Below, in pieces: positions 1 to 10,690 of a stretch of DNA of 64,000 bases. The position numbers were made by a program, and so were the translations under genes. A model generated the notes under the pieces. It searched no databases and was not told the DNA's origin. It saw nothing but the letters and a program-made list of their open reading frames with translations. This DNA is from an uncultured virus (IMG/VR IMGVR_UViG_3300030109_004112). Its lineage: Duplodnaviria > Heunggongvirae > Uroviricota > Caudoviricetes. The stretch lies in the IMG/VR virus record IMGVR_UViG_3300030109_004112; one strand, given 5' to 3'. The first letter of the stretch is position 1. Each line of letters opens with the position of its first letter.

Positions 1-2
1 CG

Positions 3-500
3 GCAACGTTTACTTGGGGTAGTTTCACGGTTGCTGTTGTTGCGGCCACTAAGGCTCTCCTCGTATTCTTAGCATTAACAGGAGTTGGTCTTGCGTTAAT
101 TGCTATTGCTGCGGCGGCTATATACGCCGCTAAGAAACTTGGGCTTTTCAATAATGAAATGGAAGAGACTAACGACTATATGGCAGATATGGATTACAAT
201 GCTAGTCAATTTTCCTTTGGTGACGAATACGCACAACAGATGGGGCTGGCTACTGATGCTAACGCTGCCTTCAACAACTCGCGGGAAGAATTATTCTTTG
301 GTTTCAAGGCGGGTAACATACAGGGAGCACTAATAAAGCAGATAGAACAACAGGGTGTCGAAAATTTCATTGTTAACACCGAGGTAATACAGACAAACAA
401 CTTCAACGGATTAACAACTGATGCGGTCGCTACCCAAATACTGAATGCTATTGATAAGGAGGCATCCTCTAGAGGAATCAATGTAACATTGGCGGGGTGA
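3..500 (+). CDS. Tail tape-measure protein, C-terminal part (5'-truncated by window)
   Basis: Frame open from nt 3 (ATFTWGSFTVAVVAATKALLVFLALTGVGLALIAIAAAAIYAAKK...) into ORF 159..500; Ala-rich hydrophobic helix and position before a large tail gene fit a tape-measure C-terminus. Confidence 0.6.
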   Translation, partial: ATFTWGSFTVAVVAATKALLVFLALTGVGLALIAIAAAAIYAAKKLGLFNNEMEETNDYMADMDYNASQFSFGDEYAQQMGLATDANAAFNNSREELFFGFKAGNIQGALIKQIEQQGVENFIVNTEVIQTNNFNGLTTDAVATQILNAIDKEASSRGINVTLAG

Positions 501-504
501 TTCT

Positions 505-3500
505 ATGGTAAGAAGTATAACAACCCGATACAATCTTTGGATGGCCGGCTACTACGATGATTTCAATAATGCTCGTGGAATAGCCAACGATAATAACGAA
601 CCCACATTGGATGGGACATATGACCACACAAAGACTCATTACGGAAACCCACTAAACGGGGAGGCCATAAATAACCCGAAATTTAGATGGTCATATGTAG
701 AGAGAGCAAAGGGCACTAATTACGATAGTGATTTGATAGGGTCTTCTGACGAAACAAAACTACTACACAACAAGGGTGGTTTTGAATGGCTTAGTTTCGA
801 CTCAATTAGGTTGGGTAGTGAATACTGGGAAGGTAGGTCCCAACTACAGTACCCCGACTCTCATATTTCTAACAAGTACAAATATGCAGCAAGCGGAACC
901 GACGGTTATTTATTAATTACTAACGGTAACGATACTCTAGGAAAGTATGTGATACCAACTGGTTTAACAGACTCTAGTTTTGGAAGAGGTACGGTAACTA
1001 ACTACACCGTTACTAATTACGAGGCTAGTGCTCACGACGCGGGAGGGCATGGTGATGTCTCCTCCGGGGGGGCAGCGGGAGATTTCGTTCAGAGGGCTCA
1101 CTTAGCCGGGGTTTGGTTGGGAGAAACTACTACCTTTGCCCACAAAGATGGCGGAACAGTGGAAAGCCCAAGAAATATTTTTACACCAGTACGTTCCCCC
1201 GGCGGAAAACCGTTTCTCTGCGTCCAGTCTTACCACAAGGTACCAACCTCAAGGGCCAGCGTTCCGGCGGTTATTTATGACGGTACGCTTAATTCAAGAA
1301 TGGATGGGGATATTTTTACAGTTAGGTATGCGGTTAGGTCGTTCAACGGAGAAACCGCAAATGAGGGCAAGCAGCCTCCGATAGTCACACTCAAGTTGGG
1401 GTATGCTTCCGGTCCCGGCTCCACACTACAGAACGGAAATACAGGAACCCCCGAAATATCTTGGTCTATGAATTTCAGTACGGGTAATGGCTTGAAGGAC
1501 AGTAACTACGATTATTACGATGCTCTGTATGAGAATGGTACTACGAAAAGCACATACACTGTTTATGACGCATGGATAGACGTTGATTTCGTTATGGATT
1601 ACACAAACGGGAAATACAAGGTTTATCACGACGGTACTGAGATAACAGCCACCAACGATGCGGCAGGGGCATACAGTAGCGGCTATGCTATGAATAGCGG
1701 TGCCGGCGTGACCCCCTCTAATATGTATGGTTGGGAAATGGAGGCATACCCCAACACTGGTGACAACTCTGTCAGCATAACTCTAATGCTTGATAGGGTT
1801 GCTCTTTACAGACCATTAAGCGACCATCCGGATGGTACTATCTTAGCACCCATAAAGAGAATGAAAATAGATTCACGAGTAGATGGTTTCTCTTCTTGTA
1901 GGGTTGAAATTTATGATGACCCTTCCGGTACTGGCTCTTCGGTGGGTACCTCTACTTCTGATTATTCACACAACCTTACCACTCTTTTCTCCGGCTCTTC
2001 AATAGATGATTGGTTGATGTTGGTTTTTGTTGGCGACCCAACCACTTCTGTCGGCAAACTTGATAGACCAATTTGGAAAGGTGTGATAGAAAAAATGGAA
2101 GTATCACAAGAAGAAAGAGACAGAGTAATAGAGTTGAGGTGTACGGATATGCTATCCCTATTAGATAGGAGTATTCCACTTTGGGAGATAGGACAGGCTG
2201 GATTGAATGATAACGAGACTTCTACTGATTTTTGGCTGCAAGATGCTCAAGGGTTTAACTCCGTGATGTATTTAGGGGCCAAGCCACTTTCTACTCTAGG
2301 TAATACTGTTGGGTTTGATGTTGATGATTCTTATTCTGAAATGGATAACCAAAGAACGCAGTTGGGTTCGGGACACCCCATACAGATTTACAACAATGAG
2401 AACGAGACATACGGACCTAATAGCATAGAGGAGCAGTACGAAGGCACAGGCATAGTAAAGGGCGGCATAGGACAGGTCAAAATAAGTACAACAGCATATA
2501 CCTCAGTGGAGGTGAATACCACAACAGGGTTTTCTGCCTCAGACAACGTTACCATATCACGTACCACCAGTCACAACGCCACGTCATCAATAAGTCCTTT
2601 TTCTGTGACTACTGATGCTATTTCCGGCAACCAAGTTTTGAATTTTGCTCAATCGGATTTGGCTTTCACTGCTAGTGCCGCTAGAATATTATATGCAGGT
2701 AAGTACAAGTTTGTTAGGTTTGGGGTTAACTACTTCAAAAATAGCGGTTTTAACGATATTATCAAGGACGCCATACTAGCAAACTACCCTTCCAGTTCTG
2801 ACCCACAGGATTCTGCCTATACGACATTTGCGTTTAGCGCGGACCCCGGACTTTCGCCGGGAGACGTTTTTCAATACGTACCCTATAACGGCACTGTCGC
2901 AGAATTGGTAGCACCCAACGGTTATGCGGGTAAGCACCAAGTAAAGAGTATAGAGAAGATACATAATTACTACACGACTCCCTCACAGGCATACATATGG
3001 GTAGTAGATACTTATACCCCATGTAACGCCTCCGAAACAACTGGGACCTACACTAGCAAGACTGGTCTATTGAGTGGTAATGATAGGGGCAAGATGTGTA
3101 GTGACTTCGGTATAGTGAGCCTAATACCAACTTCGTTAGACAAGGACATAACCCATAGAGCCGTCCATGCTAGGTGGATGCGTGACCTGCCCCTTTCTCT
3201 ATGGTTCCAGTACCATTACGGTATCACAGAGACGCCTAACGCATATTTGAATGGTAATATTGCTGCTACTATTCTAGCGGGGGCTACAGAAATAAGAGTG
3301 GGTTCCTCAGGAACACCTATAGCGACGGATACTTGGAACGCAATACCCTCTTCGGGGATAGCGGAAATACAGGACACCGGGAAGATAGGAAACCCTTCTG
3401 ATAAATTCATTTACAGAGGGAAATATCAAAGTGGTGCAGATAAATATTTGATAGGTTGTCAGTATATCAGTAGGCAACACGCTACTACATACTCAGAAGC

Positions 3501-6500
3501 AATCGGTACTCCCTTAGCGACTAAAATTAAGATACCAAGAATAAGTAACGACTACAAGCATCTATACATTCTTTGGTCCGATATGAGAAACAATGGTTAT
3601 GCTGACGCTGACGGTATGGGAAGGACGACAGATTTCGGTTTGATGTTCCCCGTTGCTGATAACTATGAAGTATCTCTATACTACGCAGACCAAGACGTTG
3701 ATTACGACGGTCAACTAGATAAATTTGCTGAATTGAAGATAGGGGAGGATGTGGATGTATGGAGTCTAGATGCTACATCGGACCCGGCTTCTAATATTGC
3801 GTGGTCTAAACCCGGCGACTTTTCTAACCCAGTCACCGTTTCTTCCTTGGCAGACTCAAGCGGAAAATTACGAATTAATACCAGTACTACCACCAATGTC
3901 GTAGCCGGGGACTACATACACCTATTCGGAACTGCTAGTCATAATGGGGGCCATCTAGTGGATTCCGTTAGTGCGGGTGCCTTTATCATTACAACCACGA
4001 CCTACTCCTCTAGTTCGGTTTCTGCTACAGGAGGAGCATTCTATTGTAGGACTACTGGCACTGACCAAGACTTGTCCCAATATCAAGACTGGGAGAATAA
4101 GGGGGGAGCGTTTGTTATCATAGACTCAAGTAAGTTCTTCAATCTCAATACTTTGGCTAATGGAGGCAAGGTTGGTTTGTATGCAGGTGCTCGTACAGAT
4201 TTATCAGATTATGTGGCTACTATCAGTGGCTACCCATCTCTTCTAGACAACTATTATGCAGAAGCGATGTCTTCTTACAAAACCACAGCAGGGCCATATG
4301 CACAACACCCTAATCAAAGATGGGTATTGAATGATATTGTCGTTACCAATGAGGACATAAAGAGAGGGCAGTTTTATCTACAGCCAGAATCTACTACAGA
4401 TTTCGCTGATAGCGGAGAGGGTAGGATTATTGGTGTGAGTGGGGATGGAGGAAGAGCCCAAGTATCCCTTGAGAATTTCTACACGTATCAAGGCAAACTG
4501 GGTACTGCGGTGACTGGAACGCTGTCCGGTATGGTCTTGAATGATTCTGATGATGACTGGACCTTAACCCATACGGGACAAACCTTCATTACAAAGAATG
4601 TAAAGGCCGGGATGTTCATCAAGAATACTACCACTCCCATAACTACTGCTATGAGGGGACAGGTCAATAACTTTTTCAGAATTAAAGAGGTGGTTAGCGA
4701 AACACAACTCAAGGTAGAACAGGTGTATTTCATGGCATATAACTCCGCCGAAGAAGAAGATAATGAAGATGAGGGAGGAAACCCCCTTTACTATGACCAA
4801 GAATCGGCTGACTATAACTTAGAGGGCCTTAACGTGAAGGCTATTGCCGCCAGTGTCTCCGCTGACGTTGCGAGGTGGAGTAACGGGGAGAACTACAGCA
4901 TACCAATACAACTATACGGAGTCTTTTCTACTTCTGCTTCGGTGGCGGGCATAGAGAAAGAATCGACCCCAATACAAATAAGAGACTCTATGTTTGAAAC
5001 TTACGAAAATAGCAGCGAGCATGATAAGTGCGTACAGGGTTCATTCCTACAAAGTGGCTACGATAGTGTGGGGATAACTACAACTATAGCCCCACCATAT
5101 ATGTTAAGGCTGATGATGAAATTAAGTGGTTATGCCAAGAGTGTTAACAGTGGTACATATTACGATAGTGATAAATTCAGAAGTTTGTGGTCCGCAGCAC
5201 TATTGGATAATTGGATGCCACCCACTAGACTCAACACAGTTTTCGACATAAACAACGTACCCTATACCGGACAAATGACTACCTACAACAGTACCACAAA
5301 TAATGATAAATACGGGTCTATGGTTGATAGTAGGGGGAAGACAATATGGAAAACGATGAAGGAAATACAGAAGAAGTCGGGAATAGGAGATGAGAACGGC
5401 TTGACTACTTCTTTTTCTTACTTGGTAGGTAGAGACGGGCGGCTTGAATATAGACCAAAATACAATTCTGGTCATGCTTTGAATAGGTCTAACCTCATGA
5501 TAAGTGATTTGAGTACGGATGTTTCCGGTAGGGTTTCTCACGTCAGAGTGTATTACAGAAATGGTCTTGCCTTTGTTGATTTCCCCACTGCTGCAATAGC
5601 AGATACTACTAGGTGGAAGATAGTAGAGAAGCCCGAAATCAATTCCGATATTGAGGCTATTGCCGTGGCCAAACAGACATACAACACCATAAAGAATGCT
5701 AGATTGAGTATTAGTGCCAGTCCAATAAGAGCCACGGATTCAACAGATAAGATGTTAACACATGGGAGATACGGTTATATCTCTGACCCACAAAGGGCAA
5801 TACAAGGTAGAGATGATTATACCTCCGGGGCTGCATATGGAAGGGCTTGGACTAGACTAGGAACTGGTGGTGTACCATTCCCCGGTATGGTGAATGCAAT
5901 AAACGGACACATGGATTCCCAAAACAGTATTTATGACCGTTATGGGGAATCAAAGCAACCAGTAACAAGTAGTACCGCCACATGGAATAATTTCTATTAT
6001 TGGTATGGGTCTAATAGCGTTTCTCACGCGGTACAAATAGTCCACGTACCCAAGAAATGCCCCTTAGATAGTGATGGTACGTCTGAGGATTTGAGAGTAG
6101 CGGTTTGGTTGAAAACGGGACAGAGCGGTACTGATATTGATAACGCAGAGTTCACCATAGGTCTTCTAGATTATTCATTCTCCACATCTTCTTCTGCCAA
6201 GGGAGGAGCGGCACCAACCCTAGTGGCTACACTATCCGGTTCATCCACCGTTGACGTGAAGAATAGTGGTTACTATGAGATATTAGTCCCCTCTACATAT
6301 TCATCATCCCTAAACTCGGCCGGAGCAAAGTTTGTGGTTTCCTTCAATGCTGAGTATTGTAGAGCACTACTAAGGAGAAGGTGTGGTGCTAAGGACTCGG
6401 CGGACCTGCTTAAGAACGCGCACGACGTAACTGGAATAACCACCTTTCCATCCTATAACACCAAGAGTATTTTTCCATTGGGTGTCAGGAAATATACTGA

Positions 6501-7632
6501 AATGTCATCATTTGCTGATGATAGGTCAGAGTGGTATGCTCCGCGCCTACAGGTCGTTTACGATTTGAACTACATACCGGCCACCTATGTTTCATATACT
6601 GATGCCGGACTGAATCTAAATGCGGAATCCATGGTAATACAAAATGTATCGTGGGTCGTTAATGATATGCTAGAAGACGTTACATTGGGTTTGGAAAGAG
6701 ACATGTCTCTGTCTTCCGGAGGGGTTATACCATATCTATTTAGCGACAAGGGGGGCCTACAGGGCTCTGCTACGGGCTCTAAATTAGACCATAACTGGAA
6801 TCCGGTGGGAGGGGAACAGGGCGGCTCTAGTCCCGTAGGTGACTACAAACCATCCGGTACTGCTATTGGTGGTACACCTGAAAACGACACGGATATGCCG
6901 GAGGGAGGCGGAAATCCGTTCAAGTCGTTTGCTATGTCGGGAAGAACTGGCGGCGGCGGTGCTTCTACCTCCCCCGGCTTTTCCTCTAATCAGTTATCAA
7001 AGGCGTTATGGGGCACGGTGAAGGGTCGAATGTCTGTTGATGGGGACCAATACAGCAACCAAGGAGAGTTTTCCATATTAGGACAGAAAAAACCCGGCAC
7101 GACCCCTTCTTCTATGAAACCAATAGAAGGACTAGACGTGTCTGTTTACCCGTCACGAGGGGCAGCCTCGGTTACTGCTGACGGGTTTGCGCTTTCGGCT
7201 TCGACAGGAACGGTGGAGGAGACATCAAGTAACATATCCGAAGTCATGTGCGACTTGACTATCCCGGCAGACGTAATCAACAACGAGTTCGTTATCCACT
7301 CCACTATTTCCCTAGCACCCAAAGCGAAGCACAGCAAGACTGCTGTTCTCTACGTCAATGCTAAGTGCCTTGAAACAGGGAAAAACGTATCGAACACCAT
7401 ACAAATACCAACAAACACCGAAAGGACAAACATAGAGATATTACCTACCACCTTACTTAGTGGTGTTTCTACACCCGGAAATCATTTACAGGTCAAGATA
7501 AGTAGGAATCCGGCAAAGGGTAACGACGATGCCTCCAACTATACCTTAGTCTTGCACGACTTGAGGGTTGGGATAAAGAGAGCGGCATTCCTTTCGGAAG
7601 CAGTCAGCAACCAATTCAAGATTCAAACGTAA
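505..7632 (+). CDS. Very large virion tail/baseplate protein (2375 aa)
   Basis: G/S/T/D-rich beta composition; tail-hub-like segments (WKGVIEKMEVSQ...IELRCTDMLSLL; SYLVGRDGRLEYRP); follows the tape measure gene. Confidence 0.65.
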   Translation: MVRSITTRYNLWMAGYYDDFNNARGIANDNNEPTLDGTYDHTKTHYGNPLNGEAINNPKFRWSYVERAKGTNYDSDLIGSSDETKLLHNKGGFEWLSFDSIRLGSEYWEGRSQLQYPDSHISNKYKYAASGTDGYLLITNGNDTLGKYVIPTGLTDSSFGRGTVTNYTVTNYEASAHDAGGHGDVSSGGAAGDFVQRAHLAGVWLGETTTFAHKDGGTVESPRNIFTPVRSPGGKPFLCVQSYHKVPTSRASVPAVIYDGTLNSRMDGDIFTVRYAVRSFNGETANEGKQPPIVTLKLGYASGPGSTLQNGNTGTPEISWSMNFSTGNGLKDSNYDYYDALYENGTTKSTYTVYDAWIDVDFVMDYTNGKYKVYHDGTEITATNDAAGAYSSGYAMNSGAGVTPSNMYGWEMEAYPNTGDNSVSITLMLDRVALYRPLSDHPDGTILAPIKRMKIDSRVDGFSSCRVEIYDDPSGTGSSVGTSTSDYSHNLTTLFSGSSIDDWLMLVFVGDPTTSVGKLDRPIWKGVIEKMEVSQEERDRVIELRCTDMLSLLDRSIPLWEIGQAGLNDNETSTDFWLQDAQGFNSVMYLGAKPLSTLGNTVGFDVDDSYSEMDNQRTQLGSGHPIQIYNNENETYGPNSIEEQYEGTGIVKGGIGQVKISTTAYTSVEVNTTTGFSASDNVTISRTTSHNATSSISPFSVTTDAISGNQVLNFAQSDLAFTASAARILYAGKYKFVRFGVNYFKNSGFNDIIKDAILANYPSSSDPQDSAYTTFAFSADPGLSPGDVFQYVPYNGTVAELVAPNGYAGKHQVKSIEKIHNYYTTPSQAYIWVVDTYTPCNASETTGTYTSKTGLLSGNDRGKMCSDFGIVSLIPTSLDKDITHRAVHARWMRDLPLSLWFQYHYGITETPNAYLNGNIAATILAGATEIRVGSSGTPIATDTWNAIPSSGIAEIQDTGKIGNPSDKFIYRGKYQSGADKYLIGCQYISRQHATTYSEAIGTPLATKIKIPRISNDYKHLYILWSDMRNNGYADADGMGRTTDFGLMFPVADNYEVSLYYADQDVDYDGQLDKFAELKIGEDVDVWSLDATSDPASNIAWSKPGDFSNPVTVSSLADSSGKLRINTSTTTNVVAGDYIHLFGTASHNGGHLVDSVSAGAFIITTTTYSSSSVSATGGAFYCRTTGTDQDLSQYQDWENKGGAFVIIDSSKFFNLNTLANGGKVGLYAGARTDLSDYVATISGYPSLLDNYYAEAMSSYKTTAGPYAQHPNQRWVLNDIVVTNEDIKRGQFYLQPESTTDFADSGEGRIIGVSGDGGRAQVSLENFYTYQGKLGTAVTGTLSGMVLNDSDDDWTLTHTGQTFITKNVKAGMFIKNTTTPITTAMRGQVNNFFRIKEVVSETQLKVEQVYFMAYNSAEEEDNEDEGGNPLYYDQESADYNLEGLNVKAIAASVSADVARWSNGENYSIPIQLYGVFSTSASVAGIEKESTPIQIRDSMFETYENSSEHDKCVQGSFLQSGYDSVGITTTIAPPYMLRLMMKLSGYAKSVNSGTYYDSDKFRSLWSAALLDNWMPPTRLNTVFDINNVPYTGQMTTYNSTTNNDKYGSMVDSRGKTIWKTMKEIQKKSGIGDENGLTTSFSYLVGRDGRLEYRPKYNSGHALNRSNLMISDLSTDVSGRVSHVRVYYRNGLAFVDFPTAAIADTTRWKIVEKPEINSDIEAIAVAKQTYNTIKNARLSISASPIRATDSTDKMLTHGRYGYISDPQRAIQGRDDYTSGAAYGRAWTRLGTGGVPFPGMVNAINGHMDSQNSIYDRYGESKQPVTSSTATWNNFYYWYGSNSVSHAVQIVHVPKKCPLDSDGTSEDLRVAVWLKTGQSGTDIDNAEFTIGLLDYSFSTSSSAKGGAAPTLVATLSGSSTVDVKNSGYYEILVPSTYSSSLNSAGAKFVVSFNAEYCRALLRRRCGAKDSADLLKNAHDVTGITTFPSYNTKSIFPLGVRKYTEMSSFADDRSEWYAPRLQVVYDLNYIPATYVSYTDAGLNLNAESMVIQNVSWVVNDMLEDVTLGLERDMSLSSGGVIPYLFSDKGGLQGSATGSKLDHNWNPVGGEQGGSSPVGDYKPSGTAIGGTPENDTDMPEGGGNPFKSFAMSGRTGGGGASTSPGFSSNQLSKALWGTVKGRMSVDGDQYSNQGEFSILGQKKPGTTPSSMKPIEGLDVSVYPSRGAASVTADGFALSASTGTVEETSSNISEVMCDLTIPADVINNEFVIHSTISLAPKAKHSKTAVLYVNAKCLETGKNVSNTIQIPTNTERTNIEILPTTLLSGVSTPGNHLQVKISRNPAKGNDDASNYTLVLHDLRVGIKRAAFLSEAVSNQFKIQT

Positions 7633-8348
7633 TCTTCTCGTAGAGCCAAAACAGCCTTAGCCTTATCCCTAGTCATTCCTGATATTTCCATCAGTTGTTT
7701 TTGGGTGGTCTTTTTCTTCAAAAGGTTGGGAAGGCTACCAAACTCTTTCAAAATATCCTCCGCTATTTCAATCGTTATTCCTCGGACAGTGGCCAAAGTC
7801 GCCACTCTATTATCAACCTTCTTCACTCGCCTAAATTTGTGTTGTTTGTAGGCCGACGAATTAATTTGCTTTTGGGTATGCGAATTAACCAAGAAGTCTA
7901 TGAACTCTTCCTTGGTAGCAAATTCCATATACCTTATTTCTGGAAAGCGATTGTAGAATGTAGATTTGAAATGCTTGATGGTTTTCTTCATCCTAGAGAT
8001 TTCTATTGCCATGGCTCGTTTATCCAACTTCCTACCATGCACATACGGTTTAAGTTGTGTTCCATACACTACCAACATAGGACAATCGAAATTATCATGA
8101 AGGTCGTTGAGTTGGTCCACCACTGTCCTTGTCCTACCAATACCCAAGATGCTCCTATATAGGTCGTTTATCTCTTTGGCCTCTATGCCCCAGTCACCTA
8201 TCACATAATCCGCAGACTTCAACCTTCTTACCTGCGCTCTTCCACTGGCTTTGTCTTGGTCGTAATCACCTAAGCGCATTAGCAACCGGTTAACTACCTT
8301 CTCGTTTTCCCTGTCGTCAATAAGAAGCACACTGCGCTCTTGTACCAA
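7623..8348 (-). CDS. XPF/ERCC4-family structure-specific nuclease with C-terminal HhH2
   Basis: Motifs LLIDDRE, ADYVIG, IEAKEINDL (ERKxxxD-like), QL; C-terminal VRGIT...FGSL...LMEISGM helix-hairpin-helix. Confidence 0.85.
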   Translation of the reverse strand: MVQERSVLLIDDRENEKVVNRLLMRLGDYDQDKASGRAQVRRLKSADYVIGDWGIEAKEINDLYRSILGIGRTRTVVDQLNDLHDNFDCPMLVVYGTQLKPYVHGRKLDKRAMAIEISRMKKTIKHFKSTFYNRFPEIRYMEFATKEEFIDFLVNSHTQKQINSSAYKQHKFRRVKKVDNRVATLATVRGITIEIAEDILKEFGSLPNLLKKKTTQKQLMEISGMTRDKAKAVLALREDYV

Positions 8349-8367
8349 TTATTAATAAGGGGTTTGG

Positions 8368-9375
8368 CTACTCTCTCAGGGTACCGTCGTTACGCCAGCA
8401 TGGTCCGGTACACATATCCCTCTCTTGGAACCAACTACAAGAGGGGGAGTTTTCATGCAACAGTATGGTCTTTAGGTGTTTCCTTGTTAGGGCCTCATTG
8501 AAGTCCCTCCACTTCAACTCCCTTATGAAATCAACAACCCCATTCTCCACATCAATTTGTTGAGCCAAGTCGAGTGTTGATGGGTTGGCAAACCACCTAA
8601 GATTCTCTCCTAGGTGCTGCGCTAAGGCCACCCTGACGTGGTGCTTTGGGTTGTCGCTGTATATGTGTGTCTCAAGACAGGGTGGAATGGGTATGTTTGT
8701 GGTGTTAGTACCAATATCCCCGGTAAAGGGAATTATGGTTTTCTTGGGAGCGGGGTTTTCAGAAATCCATTTGGGTATATTCAAAGACCCACTAGGCTCC
8801 CTACCTACAAAGGGGTCGTGTATCTTCAAGGTGGGGTCGGGCTTCTTGGGAATGATATAATTCAAAGGGTCGCTTAGAAACCCATCCTTACAGATATTAA
8901 CAGCCCACCTACCCCTCTTGGGATTGTATGTGTCCGGTATGCGCGTTAGTTTTTGTGGGTTTCCTACCCCATCTAGCGTCTTAAGTCCCTTAGCCATAGT
9001 ACGTTGGTATCTATCGATGTGTTTGGAGATGGCTGTACCCCTCATGGCTTCCTTGAAGAATTGATGAACATGGAAACCCCTTCCGGTTGCTACCAACCTA
9101 ACGTCCCCCTCTAATTTGGAGAGGAGGGTAGCCACGTCCTTCTTTACTTGGATAATATCGTAATCTTCGGTGAGGTCAAAGTCCCACCATGCTCGGTCCA
9201 TAACGACAGATTCAACGTCAGTCTTCCAAGGGCGGTTCCTATCCCTTCTTTCAAAGGAGAAAAGTGATGTATAACATGAGGTTCTACCATTCATCTTGGT
9301 GATGTAGGAATCGTAAGACTGTCTAGTAGCACACAGGCTACGCCTAAGTCCTATCTCTCGCGGAAATGAAAGCAT
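8368..9375 (-). CDS. Archaeo-eukaryotic primase, PriS fused to PriL-like Fe-S domain
   Basis: AEP motifs WWDFD, TGRGFHVH, LTRIPDTYN; C-terminal IPPCL, HHVRVALA, PSCSWFQERDMCTGPC. Confidence 0.85.
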   Translation of the reverse strand: MLSFPREIGLRRSLCATRQSYDSYITKMNGRTSCYTSLFSFERRDRNRPWKTDVESVVMDRAWWDFDLTEDYDIIQVKKDVATLLSKLEGDVRLVATGRGFHVHQFFKEAMRGTAISKHIDRYQRTMAKGLKTLDGVGNPQKLTRIPDTYNPKRGRWAVNICKDGFLSDPLNYIIPKKPDPTLKIHDPFVGREPSGSLNIPKWISENPAPKKTIIPFTGDIGTNTTNIPIPPCLETHIYSDNPKHHVRVALAQHLGENLRWFANPSTLDLAQQIDVENGVVDFIRELKWRDFNEALTRKHLKTILLHENSPSCSWFQERDMCTGPCWRNDGTLRE

Positions 9376-9383
9376 GGTATCAC

Positions 9384-9548
9384 CTAGACTTCTTGTTGAT
9401 GACCACAGTTACAATTGGCCACAGTAATCTCTTGCATTACACCATTAACCTGTCCGGTAACTCTAACCATTACCTCTTCCCATTCCCAATCGTCTTCCAT
9501 GCCACACGAGGCACACACCAATAATTCTTCTCCTGCACTAATCTTCAT
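9384..9548 (-). CDS. Small Zn-ribbon protein (54 aa, not in ORF track)
   Basis: Manual translation MKISAGEELLVCASCG...ANCNCGHQQEV; GGTGAG RBS; fills the gap between two genes. Confidence 0.65.
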   Translation of the reverse strand: MKISAGEELLVCASCGMEDDWEWEEVMVRVTGQVNGVMQEITVANCNCGHQQEV

Positions 9549-9549
9549 A

Positions 9550-10404
9550 TTACTCACCTAAAATTGATTCCTCAAGTCCCGACAATTCTCCCTCACAAGA
9601 CAAGTGATAATTACACCACTGAGGGCAGAAATAATCACTCCACTTCATGGGATACTGTTGGGATTTAAGGGAGTCTATTGCGATTGATAATGATTTCGTG
9701 AAAGCATTAATAGAGCGAGAGGAAATTGGCTCCATAATGGCTATTCCATACTCATCTCCAACCCACACGCTCTTACCTCTCTTATTGGCTTCTTCCAGTA
9801 ATTTATCACTAGAGTATTTATCGGGAACTTCGTAGTCGGGGGTGATATACAAGAAGTGAGTAACTTCATCATAATTCAACTGCTCTAGTAGTCTTGCGTA
9901 ATAGACTAATTCCTTTCTAGTCCTAGACAATTTACCGACATTCATATTACCTGTCTTCAATTCAGCGATTATGAGTCCACCGTCAGGGTGTCTAAGAACG
10001 GCGTCTATAATACCTACCCAAACTATCTTGTGTCCCTCATATTCCTCGTACACTAGATGCTTTACTTCCGCTTCCTCTATTTTGAGTCCTCCGAAATCCT
10101 TCGCTATCATGTTTAGCAAGTCGCTCATAGCCACCACACCGGGGTCATTCTCAAGACCCATTTCCGTCGCTGTAGCATACATAGCATCAGGACCCTGCAA
10201 CATACCGACTTCCATTATCTCATGAACGTCAGTACCTCTAATCATTTCATCCGTCTTAGGGGGTCTAGGGACACCCGATACCTTGTCCCAATAAAACTGT
10301 CGGGGACACTTCATATAAGTCATCAGACTTGACTTGCTCACTCTGAGTATCTCAGATTCGGGATGATAGCCGGATTTCTCATCCTGTTCCTTATTCGCTC
10401 TCAT
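9550..10404 (-). CDS. Cas4-like PD-(D/E)xK exonuclease (solo)
   Basis: SKSSLMTYMKCPRQFY, RGTDVH, GIIDAV, ELKTG, ELVYY, C-terminal CPQWCNYHLSC (1+3 Cys Fe-S pattern). Confidence 0.85.
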   Translation of the reverse strand: MRANKEQDEKSGYHPESEILRVSKSSLMTYMKCPRQFYWDKVSGVPRPPKTDEMIRGTDVHEIMEVGMLQGPDAMYATATEMGLENDPGVVAMSDLLNMIAKDFGGLKIEEAEVKHLVYEEYEGHKIVWVGIIDAVLRHPDGGLIIAELKTGNMNVGKLSRTRKELVYYARLLEQLNYDEVTHFLYITPDYEVPDKYSSDKLLEEANKRGKSVWVGDEYGIAIMEPISSRSINAFTKSLSIAIDSLKSQQYPMKWSDYFCPQWCNYHLSCEGELSGLEESILGE

Positions 10405-10648
10405 CAGCACCACCCTCTTTTGAGGGGGTGAACGAGCGTGGCATGGCCTTCATTACCTTGTCGAAGCCAGCCACTATGTCTTCCTTAGAAGCAACGTGTG
10501 ACGCTATGAGATTTCCTCTCACAAGCCCATGTTCCTCTCCTTCCGAAGCCCTGCTGAAATTAGCATACCACCAAACACTTTCCGGTCCATGCTGCCCTAT
10601 GGCCGCTGCTAGAACCCCGATATCCTCAGTTAACACTAATACACGCAT
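10391..10648 (-). CDS. Hypothetical protein
   Basis: In operon, overlaps the next gene start. Confidence 0.55.
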   Translation of the reverse strand: MRVLVLTEDIGVLAAAIGQHGPESVWWYANFSRASEGEEHGLVRGNLIASHVASKEDIVAGFDKVMKAMPRSFTPSKEGGADESE

Positions 10649-10690
10649 ATTTTCTCATTCCCCCTGTGTCTTATCAATATATTCATCGGG

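Noticed and set aside
9550..10404. Cas4 as evidence of a CRISPR-Cas system
   Set aside because: Solo Cas4-like nuclease inside the replication operon with no cas1/cas2; common in archaeal viruses
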